Assembly (NCBI GenBank): GCA_049325335.1
Contig: JBMOMC010000007.1
Location: 1-64,000 of the forward strand
DNA: 64,000 bases
Reading direction: 5' to 3'
DNA from: Nitrospirota bacterium
GTDB lineage: Bacteria > Nitrospirota > Nitrospiria > 2-01-FULL-66-17
Below the pieces are notes generated by a model that searched no databases, was not told the DNA's origin, and saw only the letters and a program-made list of their open reading frames with translations. The position numbers were made by a program, and so were the translations under genes. This document shows positions 27,370 to 37,577 of this stretch, piece after piece (within the stretch, counting starts at the first letter, position 1; the number at the start of each line of letters is the position of its first letter).

Positions 27370-28313
27370 CCGATTATCTGGATTTCGAACGTCCGCTCGC
27401 GGAGTTGGAAGAAAAAATCGACCGCCTCAAGGGGATGTCCGCGGATCAACCGAAATCCCAGGAGGAGATCGGCAAACTGCAGAAGCGCGCGCAACAACTG
27501 CGCCGCGACATCTATGGCCGGCTCACCCCGCTGCAAACGCTCCAGATCGCGCGGCACGCCAACCGGCCAAGCACCCTCGATTATCTCGGCTTTCTGGTGC
27601 CCGACTTCGTGGAACTGCACGGCGACCGCCTGTTCGCGGACGACTCCGCGATCGTGGGCGGCGTGGGGCGTTTCGACGGCTCGCCCGTGGTCGTGATCGG
27701 CCACCAAAAGGGCCGCAACGTGCGCGAGCGGGTCAAACGCAATTTCGGGATGCCGCACCCCGAAGGCTATCGCAAGGCCCAGCGACTCATGCGCCTGGCC
27801 GAGCGTTTCAAACGCCCAGTCATCACGTTTATCGACACCCCGGGCGCGTACCCCGGCATCGGCGCGGAAGAACGCGGGCAGTCAGAAGCCATCGCGACCA
27901 GCCTGCGGTTGATGGCGGAACTCGGCACGCCGACCATCGCGATCGTGATCGGCGAAGGCGGCAGCGGCGGCGCGCTCGCGCTGGGCGTGACCGACCGCAT
28001 CCTCATGTTGGAATACTCGGTCTATTCCGTGATCAGCCCGGAGGGCTGCGCCGCGATCTTGTGGAAGAGCCCGGAAAAAACCTCCGAAGCCGCCGATGCG
28101 CTCAAAATGACCGCCAAAGACCTCCTGGCACTCGGCGTGATCGATCAGATCATCTCCGAACCACCGGGATGCGCCCACCGCGACCCGACCGCTATGGCCG
28201 CCTCACTCAAACACGCCGTGAGTAAACACCTCGCGGACCTGGCCGACCGCACCGCCGAGGAATTGATCACCGCCCGCTACGACAAGTTCCGCAAGATGGG
28301 CCTGGTGCAGTAA
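27366..28313 (+). CDS. accA: Acetyl-CoA carboxylase carboxyltransferase alpha subunit
   Basis: YLDFERP, ELHGDR, NFGMPHPEGYRKA, IDTPGAYPG and GEGGSGGA; ATGA overlap with dnaE. Confidence 0.98.
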   Translation: MTDYLDFERPLAELEEKIDRLKGMSADQPKSQEEIGKLQKRAQQLRRDIYGRLTPLQTLQIARHANRPSTLDYLGFLVPDFVELHGDRLFADDSAIVGGVGRFDGSPVVVIGHQKGRNVRERVKRNFGMPHPEGYRKAQRLMRLAERFKRPVITFIDTPGAYPGIGAEERGQSEAIATSLRLMAELGTPTIAIVIGEGGSGGALALGVTDRILMLEYSVYSVISPEGCAAILWKSPEKTSEAADALKMTAKDLLALGVIDQIISEPPGCAHRDPTAMAASLKHAVSKHLADLADRTAEELITARYDKFRKMGLVQ

Positions 28314-28339
28314 CCGCAGATTCCACTTTACCCGCGTTT

Positions 28340-28367
28340 GTCGGGGCACGGCATGCCGTGCCCCGAC
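28340..28367. repeat. REP-like perfect 28-bp palindrome
   Basis: GTCGGGGCACGGCATGCCGTGCCCCGAC, related to 55603-55630. Confidence 0.75.
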
Positions 28368-28382
28368 GTGTTGCGAGATCGT

Positions 28383-28424
28383 AAAAACAACGGGGGAGGA
28401 GCCGATCAGCTCCTCCCCCGTTTT
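28383..28424. terminator. Bidirectional intrinsic terminator
   Basis: 14-bp stem AACGGGGGAGGAGC/GCTCCTCCCCCGTT with A-run and T-run flanks, between convergent accA and MCO-1. Confidence 0.8.
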
Positions 28425-28465
28425 CGATCATCCCGTCTCATGCCGACGACGGCGTTTCGTACGCG

Positions 28466-31400
28466 TTACTTCGACAACTCGCTCGTCTGGAACGAGGCCG
28501 GCCGCACGTCGAGCTCCTGCTCGCTCAAGGCGATGATCCGCTTGTCGCCAGCCGGAAGGACTTTGAGAAGCCCCCACTGTCCGGCATCCATGTACGCCGG
28601 ACGGTGATTCATGTACACGTAGTCGCCAGGCAGCTTCGAGGGTCCGCCGGCGCCGCCACGAAGGTTCACGCGCAGGTAGCTGCTTCCCCCGAACTCCAAC
28701 GAGCTATGCAAATGCGCGCCGCGGAAATTGTCTATCGCCCACTCGTGGCCGTCGAGCGCAAACACTCCCACCTGCTCGGAAAACCCGCCGAACACATGGA
28801 TCATGACGGCATCGCCGACATGCGCTTCGAGAATCGGCGTGTTCAGCCCGCCCTTTTCCGACACGCAGGAGAAGAACGTGCCGATGTCGCACCCATCGCT
28901 GTCCAGCGCGTAGTCCAGCGGGTTGGCCGCTCGGTAGTTCACGCCGGTCAGCCCCGCCACCTTCTGCGCGTACGGCATGAAGCTCGTGCCCAACAGGTTG
29001 TCCTCGTCCTGGAACAGCAGCGCAAAGTCCCGGTAATTGGACTTCTGTTCGTTTCCAGGAATCGACCGATCCACGATCACGTCCGCCTGCCACGAGTTTT
29101 TCATCGTGATGTCCGCGCCCGTCACCGGATCGCGGTACTTGGATCCCTTGGGACCGATGATGATCGCTCCAAAGAGCCCGTCACGAGGGTTCGAGACGAC
29201 ATTACCCCAGTCTTGAATCAACGCGGCGTTTTCGCCGAACTCCGGATGAGCGTAAAACGTGTAGTTGCGGCTCTGCCCAGGCGCCACGGTCTGGTCGCCA
29301 GCGTTGTTCCCCACGTTGATGCCCATCGAATCCTTAGGATCGAACGCCACTCCGTCGATGTGCAGCCCTGCGGAGGCTTTGGCCATCTTGTTCGTCAGCT
29401 TGATCTTGATGCAGTCGCCGACATTGACGCGGAGCGTGAGCGGGTGCGGCTGGAGCATCCCGCCCTTGACCGGAGACACCTCATCGTCCAAGACGTAGGC
29501 TTTGCCTGACGCATTGCCCAGCTTCAGGTTTCTCCCCAGATCCACCTCCATCGCCTCGGGGACGCTCTTGTTGAACCGCATCGCGTAGTCGATGGCAGAC
29601 ACGTTGAACGACTTGACCAGTGCGCCGGCCGGACAGAGCTCTTTGGCCGAGGCCGGAATCTCTTCCCGCGACGGCAGCGGCTGGAGGGTCTGGTCCTTCT
29701 TATCTAAGACGCGGATGATGCCCCACGCCCCTTCGGAGAAGTGCGAGGCGCGCCCCGAGTAGTACAGATAGTCACCGGCCATTTTTTGCGGGCCGCCGGC
29801 CGCCGGGATGACCACGTCGATCCGCTCCGCGATCGCGATCTGGAACGTCGTCCGCGGGAGCGAATCCGCGTTGTAACGCTCCATCGGGAACCAGTGCCCG
29901 CTCACGTGCCAGGTATGGGCTTCGTTCGCGGACGGTTGGAGCGACCGGAACACGATCGGATCGCCCAGGTACGCCCGCACCAACGGGGTTTCCGGATCTC
30001 CGTGCACTTTGCTCGAGAAGAGTTGCGCCGGATCCGGGTTGTTCGCCAACCGGACCGACAACGGCTCCACACGCAAGGCGTATCCCCCGCCGGTGGTGGC
30101 TTCACCGCCGTTTAAGTACGTCATCGGCGATTTATTCATCTTCGGGAGATACTTGGCCGAGGGAGTCCCGTCCACCGACGGCCTCCCGGCCATGGGATTG
30201 TCGGTGGAAATCAGTTCAGCGGTCCGCGGGTTTGAATCCATGATGTAGTTCACCACCTCGCGGAAGCTGCCCTTGACCTGGGACGACACCGGGTCCGTGG
30301 TGCGAATATCCACCACCAAACCGCTCCGGACTTCCTTGCCCGTGGTCGGATCATGATACGTCGAACCGGCCGGCTCCACGATCGTCGAGCCGAACAAACC
30401 GTGGCCCCACGAATCGAGACCGAATACGTGATCATGCCAGAACACGATCCCCAGGTCCACGTCGGGGTACCAGCGATACCGGACGTACTCGACGCTCGCG
30501 ATTTCTCCGGCCTTGTGCTCGTTCTTGAGGGGCTCGGTGAACACGATCTCGTTGCCCTTGATCTCCTTCACCCGGCGTGCCTCGAACACGTTCACGCCGT
30601 CGAGTCCGATCCCAATCACGCTGCCGGGGTGGAACATCGGGGCGTCGAATTTCGTTTCCGCCACGTCGATATGCCGCACCGTGGACGCCACCGTGATCGA
30701 CGTATCGCCCGCCTTGGCCGCTTTGGCCAGCGTGGTGTTCTGCGGGATCGGCATGCCGTGGTGCGTGTCCTCGCGGTCTTCCGCTCTCAGCAGCGTATAC
30801 GGCCGGACCGATTGTTCGTAGTTAAAGCCGATGATCACGCCGTCGGATGCCGTGATGTCGAACTGGAAGAAATGCGGGTGCATATTGATCTTGCTCGAGT
30901 TCGCGACCCGCTTGTCGTCTTTGGCTTCGCTCTTGAACACCACGTCCACGCAGTCATAGACGTTGGCCCGGATCGCGAGCGGCTTCTTGAGGTCGTCGTT
31001 CTTGCGGATTCCTTCTTCCTCCTCCTCGAGCACGAAGATCATGCCGTTGGGGTCCACGATCGCCGGCGTCTTCGCCGTGGCCTTCTTGAGCGTGATCGGC
31101 AATTCGATCGCGTTGATGTTGTAGAACTTGCGCGGCGCGCGGTCTGGGCACAGGCTCCACGGACCGTTTTCTCCAGGTTTTGCCGGCGCGGTGGTCCGCA
31201 CGCCTTTCTCGTCGAGCCGGATCGGCTCAAAGAACGGCGACGGATTGTGGTCGGGAGAAAACGGGGGCCGCTTGCCCAAGTGTGGCCGCTGCCACGGGAT
31301 CGAGGGCTTTCCAGTGCTCGCGTCCCAACGAACCGCCGGACGTTTTCCAGGCGTGGGAGATATATAGTTCACCCACACCTGCTGGGTCTCCGGCTCGTTC

Positions 31401-33283
31401 ATCGCGACGTTGCCGTCCCATTTCCAGTCGAACACCGACGCGTCATACGCGACGATCTGCTTGTGTTCGTCGGTTTGTCCTCCCGGAAGACCTTGCGTCG
31501 GGAGTTGCATCTCCACCCAGTCCTTGATCGAGACTTGGACCGGCTTCGCGTTCCAATCGGTTTTGTCCTTGGTGATCTGGAATTTCTTGCCGCCGAACCA
31601 GTCCACGGTGCTGCCCACCAGTTTGGACGAGTCGACCGCCAGTTTCATCTTACCCTTCCGATCCGGCAACTCGGACAGCGGCGGCATCAAGTCATCCTGC
31701 GAACCCGCGGTCTGCAGCGTGTTGTACACGCGCCAGAAGCCCCACATGCCGGTCACGTAGTGCTGCGGAATATGGCAGTGGAAGGTATAGTCGCCGGCTC
31801 CGTAGGCGCACCCGCCCGAGCCGCATTCGATCACTTCGTTGTACGATTCGGCCGCGCCGATTGCCTGCACGTCCAAGCGTTCTGAACTGGTCCGAATCGG
31901 CGGGAACTTCACCGGTCCGGTCCCGTTCGCGGTCGCGGCGAAATCAAACTCGGCCTTGGTCACGGCGTCCGGCGAACGCGGCCAGCGGTCGCTCCCGCCG
32001 TGGAGGTGGTGGGAGTGGATGACCTCGGAACCGCCCATCATGCGGTATTTGACCGGATCGCCCAGATACGAGCGCGGCACCGTAGTCGCGGGATCGCCGA
32101 ACGTGTAGGAGCCGTATCCCTGCGACTCGTCGTGGATGCCGTGGCGCGCCTGTTGCAGCGCGAGCCTCGTACCGTGCGCTTCGCTGCGTAGGTTCAAGCC
32201 GCGACCGCCTGGGCGATAGGTGTCGGTGAGCGCGTCGCGCTGCTCGAGCAGCACGCCGTCCTGCTTCGTATTGATACGGAAGACTTCGTCGCCGATTTCG
32301 TGGTAAAAGATCGCGAATTCACGGAAATCGGGACCGTTGGGATCGTCGATCATGGCCATCCAGCCCGACTTCAGTTCCTGGCCGTTCCACGGATTGAGGT
32401 ACTTGGAACCGCGCGGCTCCACCACCAACGAGCCGAACATGCCCTGCGCCCACTGTTCGCGCACCGCGTGGCTGTGAAAATGGTGTCCCTTGTCGGTTTC
32501 ATCCCCGGGAATGTACCACTCAAACTCTTGGCTCTTGCCGGGCATGACCAGCGAGTCCTTGTTCGTCATGGTCGCGGCCTGACCGGTGGCCTTGACGATC
32601 ATGCCGGATCCGTGGATGTGCATGCTCACCGGTTCGTCGTTTTCGGTCTGGTTGCGCAGCGTGATGCGGACACAGTCGCCCGCGTTGGCACGAATCACCA
32701 GCGGCTGGAGCAGGTCGCCCTGCAGGCCGAGAGACACCCCGGACGCGGGAAATTCGTCTTTGCTTTCGCGCGCCACTTTATTTTTTTTCTCTTCCGCCCG
32801 AACCTTGTCCATCTCCTCGGTCAAGACGTAGAGGTACCCCGGGAAATAGTCCATGAACCGATTAATGGTGATTTCGACGTTAATGGCGGAGACGTCGAAG
32901 ATTTTGACCGGGGCGCCTGCGGGACAGCGCCCGCCGGTTGCGACCGACTCCTCGCTCGCGCTGATGCGAAGCGGAACGCCCTGCATCCGCGCATGCGCCT
33001 CGCCGCTCGACGTGTACCCGCCGAGGTTGCCGCCGGCTCGCGCGATCTCTTGATCCAGCCGCGCGCCCAATGCATTCATCATCTCCACGCCGGCTTTTTG
33101 ATATTGCACACCCTCGGGCGCCTTTGCCGGAGCCGGCTCGGGGATCGACATGTCCATCATATGGTGGCTGTGGTCCTCTTCGGCGGCCGCCTCAGTCACG
33201 GGGCTTCCAAACAACGGCGTGAGCAGGAATGCGCCCGCCGCGACCAGGGTAAAAATTGATGCGTGTTCCGATGACGTTCTCAT
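28466..33283 (-). CDS. Giant multi-domain multicopper oxidase, MnxG-like (MCO-1)
   Basis: 1605 aa; Sec-type signal; MHIHG, HFHSH, HSHHLHG, HCHIPQHYVTGM, MHPH, WHDH and HTWHVSGH; repeated PLxxRxNxGDC cupredoxin starts. Confidence 0.88.
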   Translation of the reverse strand: MRTSSEHASIFTLVAAGAFLLTPLFGSPVTEAAAEEDHSHHMMDMSIPEPAPAKAPEGVQYQKAGVEMMNALGARLDQEIARAGGNLGGYTSSGEAHARMQGVPLRISASEESVATGGRCPAGAPVKIFDVSAINVEITINRFMDYFPGYLYVLTEEMDKVRAEEKKNKVARESKDEFPASGVSLGLQGDLLQPLVIRANAGDCVRITLRNQTENDEPVSMHIHGSGMIVKATGQAATMTNKDSLVMPGKSQEFEWYIPGDETDKGHHFHSHAVREQWAQGMFGSLVVEPRGSKYLNPWNGQELKSGWMAMIDDPNGPDFREFAIFYHEIGDEVFRINTKQDGVLLEQRDALTDTYRPGGRGLNLRSEAHGTRLALQQARHGIHDESQGYGSYTFGDPATTVPRSYLGDPVKYRMMGGSEVIHSHHLHGGSDRWPRSPDAVTKAEFDFAATANGTGPVKFPPIRTSSERLDVQAIGAAESYNEVIECGSGGCAYGAGDYTFHCHIPQHYVTGMWGFWRVYNTLQTAGSQDDLMPPLSELPDRKGKMKLAVDSSKLVGSTVDWFGGKKFQITKDKTDWNAKPVQVSIKDWVEMQLPTQGLPGGQTDEHKQIVAYDASVFDWKWDGNVAMNEPETQQVWVNYISPTPGKRPAVRWDASTGKPSIPWQRPHLGKRPPFSPDHNPSPFFEPIRLDEKGVRTTAPAKPGENGPWSLCPDRAPRKFYNINAIELPITLKKATAKTPAIVDPNGMIFVLEEEEEGIRKNDDLKKPLAIRANVYDCVDVVFKSEAKDDKRVANSSKINMHPHFFQFDITASDGVIIGFNYEQSVRPYTLLRAEDREDTHHGMPIPQNTTLAKAAKAGDTSITVASTVRHIDVAETKFDAPMFHPGSVIGIGLDGVNVFEARRVKEIKGNEIVFTEPLKNEHKAGEIASVEYVRYRWYPDVDLGIVFWHDHVFGLDSWGHGLFGSTIVEPAGSTYHDPTTGKEVRSGLVVDIRTTDPVSSQVKGSFREVVNYIMDSNPRTAELISTDNPMAGRPSVDGTPSAKYLPKMNKSPMTYLNGGEATTGGGYALRVEPLSVRLANNPDPAQLFSSKVHGDPETPLVRAYLGDPIVFRSLQPSANEAHTWHVSGHWFPMERYNADSLPRTTFQIAIAERIDVVIPAAGGPQKMAGDYLYYSGRASHFSEGAWGIIRVLDKKDQTLQPLPSREEIPASAKELCPAGALVKSFNVSAIDYAMRFNKSVPEAMEVDLGRNLKLGNASGKAYVLDDEVSPVKGGMLQPHPLTLRVNVGDCIKIKLTNKMAKASAGLHIDGVAFDPKDSMGINVGNNAGDQTVAPGQSRNYTFYAHPEFGENAALIQDWGNVVSNPRDGLFGAIIIGPKGSKYRDPVTGADITMKNSWQADVIVDRSIPGNEQKSNYRDFALLFQDEDNLLGTSFMPYAQKVAGLTGVNYRAANPLDYALDSDGCDIGTFFSCVSEKGGLNTPILEAHVGDAVMIHVFGGFSEQVGVFALDGHEWAIDNFRGAHLHSSLEFGGSSYLRVNLRGGAGGPSKLPGDYVYMNHRPAYMDAGQWGLLKVLPAGDKRIIALSEQELDVRPASFQTSELSK

Positions 33284-33441
33284 ACCCCCCCTTTCGATTG
33301 CTGTTCGCTGTTACTCGTGCACGGCGGCGTTCACATCGGAAGCCATCGCCGTCACATGGTTGATTGTGCGTGCGTTCATCGGTCGCCGTACTCGCTCCCG
33401 CGGAAATAGTTTCTAAAAAGAGACAAACCCGGTGTTAAGCA

Positions 33442-33457
33442 AGCAAACAGCGTGCCG
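33442..33457 (-). promoter_or_regulatory. Sigma54 (-24/-12) promoter of MCO-1
   Basis: Minus strand CGGCACGCTGTTTGCT matches TGGCACG-N4-TTGCW. Confidence 0.8.
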
Positions 33458-33541
33458 ATGACTGGAATGAGGGATTACGACAAATTGGATAGCGGTTTAC
33501 GCGGATTCGATCACATAACCAATTTTGACAAAACCATAAGA

Positions 33542-33591
33542 TGTCAAATTATCTAGACACCACGTCAACGATTATAGACATTAGTTAGACA
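33542..33591. promoter_or_regulatory. Candidate enhancer (UAS) sites for a sigma54 activator
   Basis: TGTC-N10-GACA (33542-33559), CGTC-N10-GACA (33563-33580) and a third TAGACA half-site, 85-135 bp upstream of the sigma54 site. Confidence 0.55.
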
Positions 33592-33678
33592 CAAGAAGAC
33601 AGCAGGCTTCGAGTTCAATGTGGGACCGGCGGTCTTGTTTGTGACGGAGGGAAAAGGAGTCCGCCTAATTGGAGACGA

Positions 33679-35037
33679 TTAGGCGCGGGGATCGCCGAGG
33701 TTGTGCGCCCCGAGATCATATCGCTTCAGTTTGTTGTACAGACTGGACCGCGAGATGCCGAGGGAGCGGGCGGCGAGCGATCTATTGCCTCGGTTGTTCT
33801 GAATCGCCGCGACAATCCGATCACGTTCAGCCCGCGACCTGACCTCATCGAGCGTCACAGGGGAATGGCCGGGCGAGAGATCAATCGGAGTCGAACGAGA
33901 CCATCCCGTCGCCGCCCGTGGGCCCAACCCCGATTCCTCTTCTTCGATCACGATCGACTCAGGGGTAATCAGGTCTCTGGGCGCGATCAGCACGGCCCGT
34001 TCGACCACGTTCTCCAACTCACGGACGTTGCCCTTCCAGGAAAGACGCTGGAGCAGATCCGCGGCGTCAGAAGCCAAACGCATCTCCCCCTCTCTTGACT
34101 GCCGTGCATATTTCGCAATGAAGTACCGGGTCAGGGGGAGGATGTCGTCTGGCCGCTCGCGCAACGAGGGCACTCGAATCGGGACCACCGCGAGGCGATA
34201 GTACAGGTCTTCCCTGAACGATTTTTTCGCGATCGCGTTCTTCAAACTGGTGTTGGTGGCCGCCACCACGCGGACATCGACTTTGATGGTCCTGGTCCCC
34301 CCGACCGACCGAATTTCTCCCTCTTGCAGCGCGCGCAGCAGTTTGGCCTGGAACGCGGGGCTCGTGTCGCCGATTTCATCGAGGAAAATCGTGCCTCCGG
34401 TCGCCTCCTCGAACAGCCCCTTCTTACGATACATGGCTCCAGTAAAGGCGCCCCTCACGTGGCCGAACAGTTCACTTTCCAAGAGCGTGTCCGGCAGCGC
34501 GCCGCAGTTGATGGGGACGAACGGGCCGCGCCGACGGTCGCTGCACTGGTGGATCGCACGGGCGACCAACTCCTTTCCGGTCCCACTCTCTCCGTAGATT
34601 AGGATCGTCGCGTTGCTGGCGGAGACGCGGCGGACCAGTTCGAAGAGGGCCCTCATCTGCGCGCTAGTCGCGACCATATCGCAGAAGACGATCGGCGACT
34701 GTTCCCGCGGCGCACGGGGAGGAACAGCGCAATTGCCGTCCGGTTCGTCCGCCTCCGGCTGGTGAGCCGGGCTGTCCACTCCGATCATCCGAGCTACTCG
34801 GCCGTCCCGGTCAAAAATCGGATAGGCGTGGATCGTCTCGTGGTAGGCAGAGATGGCTTTGGAGGGTTCGGTGGGCGGCACAGCGTGTGACTCCACAACG
34901 TCCGAATCCCCGTGCGCGCCGCTGAGCGACACCTCGATAACGCCGTCGTCAGGATTCACGTGAACGGAATCGTCGATGGGAGGACGCCGTCGCATCACAT
35001 TGCCGTCAACCGGCCCCGAGTCGGAAGGATAAACCAC
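33679..35037 (-). CDS. Sigma54-dependent transcriptional activator (AAA+ and Fis-type HTH)
   Basis: [44 protein letters not shown] and [20 protein letters not shown] 35037 follows GAGGAGG. Confidence 0.93.
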   Translation of the reverse strand: MVYPSDSGPVDGNVMRRRPPIDDSVHVNPDDGVIEVSLSGAHGDSDVVESHAVPPTEPSKAISAYHETIHAYPIFDRDGRVARMIGVDSPAHQPEADEPDGNCAVPPRAPREQSPIVFCDMVATSAQMRALFELVRRVSASNATILIYGESGTGKELVARAIHQCSDRRRGPFVPINCGALPDTLLESELFGHVRGAFTGAMYRKKGLFEEATGGTIFLDEIGDTSPAFQAKLLRALQEGEIRSVGGTRTIKVDVRVVAATNTSLKNAIAKKSFREDLYYRLAVVPIRVPSLRERPDDILPLTRYFIAKYARQSREGEMRLASDAADLLQRLSWKGNVRELENVVERAVLIAPRDLITPESIVIEEEESGLGPRAATGWSRSTPIDLSPGHSPVTLDEVRSRAERDRIVAAIQNNRGNRSLAARSLGISRSSLYNKLKRYDLGAHNLGDPRA

Positions 35038-35098
35038 CGCGCCCTCCTCAAATGAGTTACCGCCGTCACTTCGCATGCGGCGAGTCAACAACCATGCC

Positions 35099-35127
35099 AT
35101 CATTAACGAAATAACTCCTCGTGTCAA
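35099..35127 (-). promoter_or_regulatory. Candidate sigma70 promoter of the activator gene
   Basis: TTGACA-N17-AATGAT on the minus strand. Confidence 0.45.
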
Positions 35128-35275
35128 GAGCGCCCAGTTTGCCGGCACCATGCGGGTTGTGACCTGTAATCCATTTGAGTGGCTTGATGTTTCCGTGCTC
35201 AATTGGTTAGGCTTACATTTTCGACTCGCGCGATCCGTTCGCACCTGGTGGTAAACAGGGGATACACAACCACCC

Positions 35276-36331
35276 ATGATTGATCCACGCCGACAACCGC
35301 GTCAAGACAGCGTCCGATCGTCCGCGCGAACGCGCCGGATGTCCACGGCCCTGCTCAGGACTGGCGCCGGAGCATTGCCGACGCGAACGGTTCACTTTTC
35401 CGTCGACCGTCCTCTGGGCACGTTGTTTACCCGAAGCCACAACGAAGAAACCGAGTCCGGATGGAAGCGGCTCGGACACGCGTATGGGTCGGTGACGCTC
35501 CCGGCCGACGCGTCGCTCAGACTGAAAGTGGCGGCCGAGGAAACCGCTCCCACCGACCTCTCGGCCCTAGCCATGCTTCGTCCAAACGACCTGCAAAGCC
35601 TGCGGCTCGAATACACGCCCACGACCGACGCGACCCTATCGTCGCTTGAGGGCCTTACCGGTTTGTGGGAGCTTGACGTCAAGGCCACCGCCGTCACCGA
35701 CTCGGGACTGCGCCACTTGCGGGACCTGGCTCACCTGGTCGAACTCGGGCTGTGGGAAACGCGTGTGACCAATACCGGGTTGACTTCGCTTGAGGGGCTG
35801 ACCCACATCCGAAAACTCGACCTAGGGATGACCGACGTCACCTGCTCCGGGTTAAAACTCCTGCGCCACATGAGTCGACTCCAAGGGCTCTCCTTGGGAA
35901 GAACCCGGATTGGAGATCTCGGGCTGACGTTCTTGGGGAGCCTCACGCGATTGGAAGGCCTTTTTCTGGGCGGAACAAGGATTACCGGTCAGGGTTTGGC
36001 GCACCTTCAGAACCTGCACGCGTTGCGGCGGATCGCGTTGGCTGCGACCGCAGTGGACGACGCCGGCCTTGGACATTTACGACGACTTCCGACGCTCGAG
36101 TGGTTGTATCTGGGGGGCACCCTGATCAGCGACTCCGGACTTGCGTACCTTGGGGAGATCCCGACACTGCGGTGGATCTGCCTCCCGGGCACATCCGTGA
36201 CCGACACGGGACTAACGCACCTGACCCGGCTCACCGCACTCGAGGAGCTCGATCTTCGAGACACGCGAGTCAGTCGAGCAGGAATCGAGCGGCTCAGGCA
36301 GGCCCTGCCGAATTGTTTGATCATGCACTAG
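35276..36331 (+). CDS. Leucine-rich repeat protein
   Basis: Ten 24-aa repeats LxxLxLxxTxVTDxGLxxLxxLxx and a C-cap LRQALPNC; start uncertain. Confidence 0.9.
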   Translation: MIDPRRQPRQDSVRSSARTRRMSTALLRTGAGALPTRTVHFSVDRPLGTLFTRSHNEETESGWKRLGHAYGSVTLPADASLRLKVAAEETAPTDLSALAMLRPNDLQSLRLEYTPTTDATLSSLEGLTGLWELDVKATAVTDSGLRHLRDLAHLVELGLWETRVTNTGLTSLEGLTHIRKLDLGMTDVTCSGLKLLRHMSRLQGLSLGRTRIGDLGLTFLGSLTRLEGLFLGGTRITGQGLAHLQNLHALRRIALAATAVDDAGLGHLRRLPTLEWLYLGGTLISDSGLAYLGEIPTLRWICLPGTSVTDTGLTHLTRLTALEELDLRDTRVSRAGIERLRQALPNCLIMH

Positions 36332-36390
36332 AGATTGCTCGAATTCTCCGATCGGGCACCTTGGCGCGATGATGGCGAACAACCGCCGCG

Positions 36391-36873
36391 TCACAGCTTC
36401 TTTTCACATGCCCTAGGAACACGTCCCGAACCATCGGGAACGTCCCGCAGAACGGCGTCTGCGTCAATGAAAAACTCGTACGGCCGCCCCGCCTGTTTGC
36501 CGGTTCGGTGGTAGGTCCCTTGCACGAGGACTTGCTGACATTCCCTCACGGTCGGAGCCAGCCATGCGATCACCGTCACGGAAGTCTCGGTCGCTCCGGC
36601 TTCGGTCCCGGCTTCGTCCAACCGGAGCTCCACATACTCGCTTCCGCGTCGACCGCGCTCCCACGCAATGTGCCCCACGTATCCCGTGACGAGCACGAGA
36701 CGGCCGTCGTACTGATCCGGGTGTTCCACCAGATCGTGAATCGCCGCGTTCAGCGGGGCCTCTCCCGCGTGAGCGGTGTCGAACGCGCCCACTCCAGGGG
36801 CCGTCCAGACGAGCGCCCAAAAAACAGCGAGCACCGCGCCCAGCACACCCCATCTGGTATCCGGCGTTGTCAT
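36391..36873 (-). CDS. Exported hypothetical protein, probable OB-fold
   Basis: Signal/TM segment, then I.DL..HP.QYDGR.V.V.G.V ... V.VQGTY ... IDA pattern. Confidence 0.6.
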   Translation of the reverse strand: MTTPDTRWGVLGAVLAVFWALVWTAPGVGAFDTAHAGEAPLNAAIHDLVEHPDQYDGRLVLVTGYVGHIAWERGRRGSEYVELRLDEAGTEAGATETSVTVIAWLAPTVRECQQVLVQGTYHRTGKQAGRPYEFFIDADAVLRDVPDGSGRVPRACEKKL

Positions 36874-36928
36874 CGTCAAAACTCTATCACTCCCGGTTTC
36901 GCCGCGCCACACGCCTACACACGCCTCA

Positions 36929-36937
36929 TGGTATAAT
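36929..36937 (+). promoter_or_regulatory. Extended -10 promoter
   Basis: TGGTATAAT, 36 nt upstream of ATG 36974. Confidence 0.55.
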
Positions 36938-36973
36938 GCCCGGCCACTTCACGATCCGAAAGGATTACAACGA

Positions 36974-37528
36974 ATGAATCTTCGGACCAGTATGGGAATC
37001 GGCGCATGGACCGTTGCCGTGTGGCTCGGTGGGGCCGGACTCGTTCTGGCTGAATCGACGAGCGCTCCTTCAGCCGACGCCACGCCCACGCCACCGACGG
37101 TCGAGGCCGCGCCGTCCGGGATCCTTATTGAGCTCTTTCTGGCACCGGAACAACGCGAGGCGATCCCGGTTATCAAGAAGGAATTTGAAGCGCTGTCCAT
37201 CACGCGGGTTCGGCCCCAGGTCTTCCGACTCGGGAACCCGCCGAGAAACATCGCGATCGGGAAGGACATCCCAGCCGACGTCGCGCGCCTTGCGCTCCAA
37301 ATTGCCGTGGACTATAACCGTGGGGTGGAGTCTCTCTTACCCGAATACCGGTATTTCCCCAAACACATCGTGATCGGCAGCTCCGCGTTCGACGAAGCCT
37401 CCCAGATCCCCATTAAACCCGACGACCTTCAGCGACTCCGCGATCCGTCGCTGTCCACCGATCAGTTCCACGAACTGTACCGAAGCCTCACCGGCGAGGA
37501 CAATCGCCTTCCGACCTACCTGAAGTAA
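36974..37528 (+). CDS. Exported hypothetical protein (paralog of 46032-46619)
   Basis: AAGGA RBS, signal peptide, extensive visible similarity to 46032-46619. Confidence 0.8.
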   Translation: MNLRTSMGIGAWTVAVWLGGAGLVLAESTSAPSADATPTPPTVEAAPSGILIELFLAPEQREAIPVIKKEFEALSITRVRPQVFRLGNPPRNIAIGKDIPADVARLALQIAVDYNRGVESLLPEYRYFPKHIVIGSSAFDEASQIPIKPDDLQRLRDPSLSTDQFHELYRSLTGEDNRLPTYLK

Positions 37529-37536
37529 CACTCTCA

Positions 37537-37567
37537 CCCCCTTTGAAAAAGGGGGGCTGGGGGATTT
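37537..37567. repeat. Short palindromic element, possible terminator
   Basis: CCCCCTTT-GAA-AAAGGGGG followed by GCTGGGGGATTT, between convergent genes. Confidence 0.5.
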
Positions 37568-37577
37568 GCCTCTGATC

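Noticed and set aside
35590..36310. 72-nt periodicity suggestive of a CRISPR or tandem DNA array
   Set aside because: Explained by 24-aa LRR coding repeats; no identical DNA repeats with unique spacers and no cas genes.
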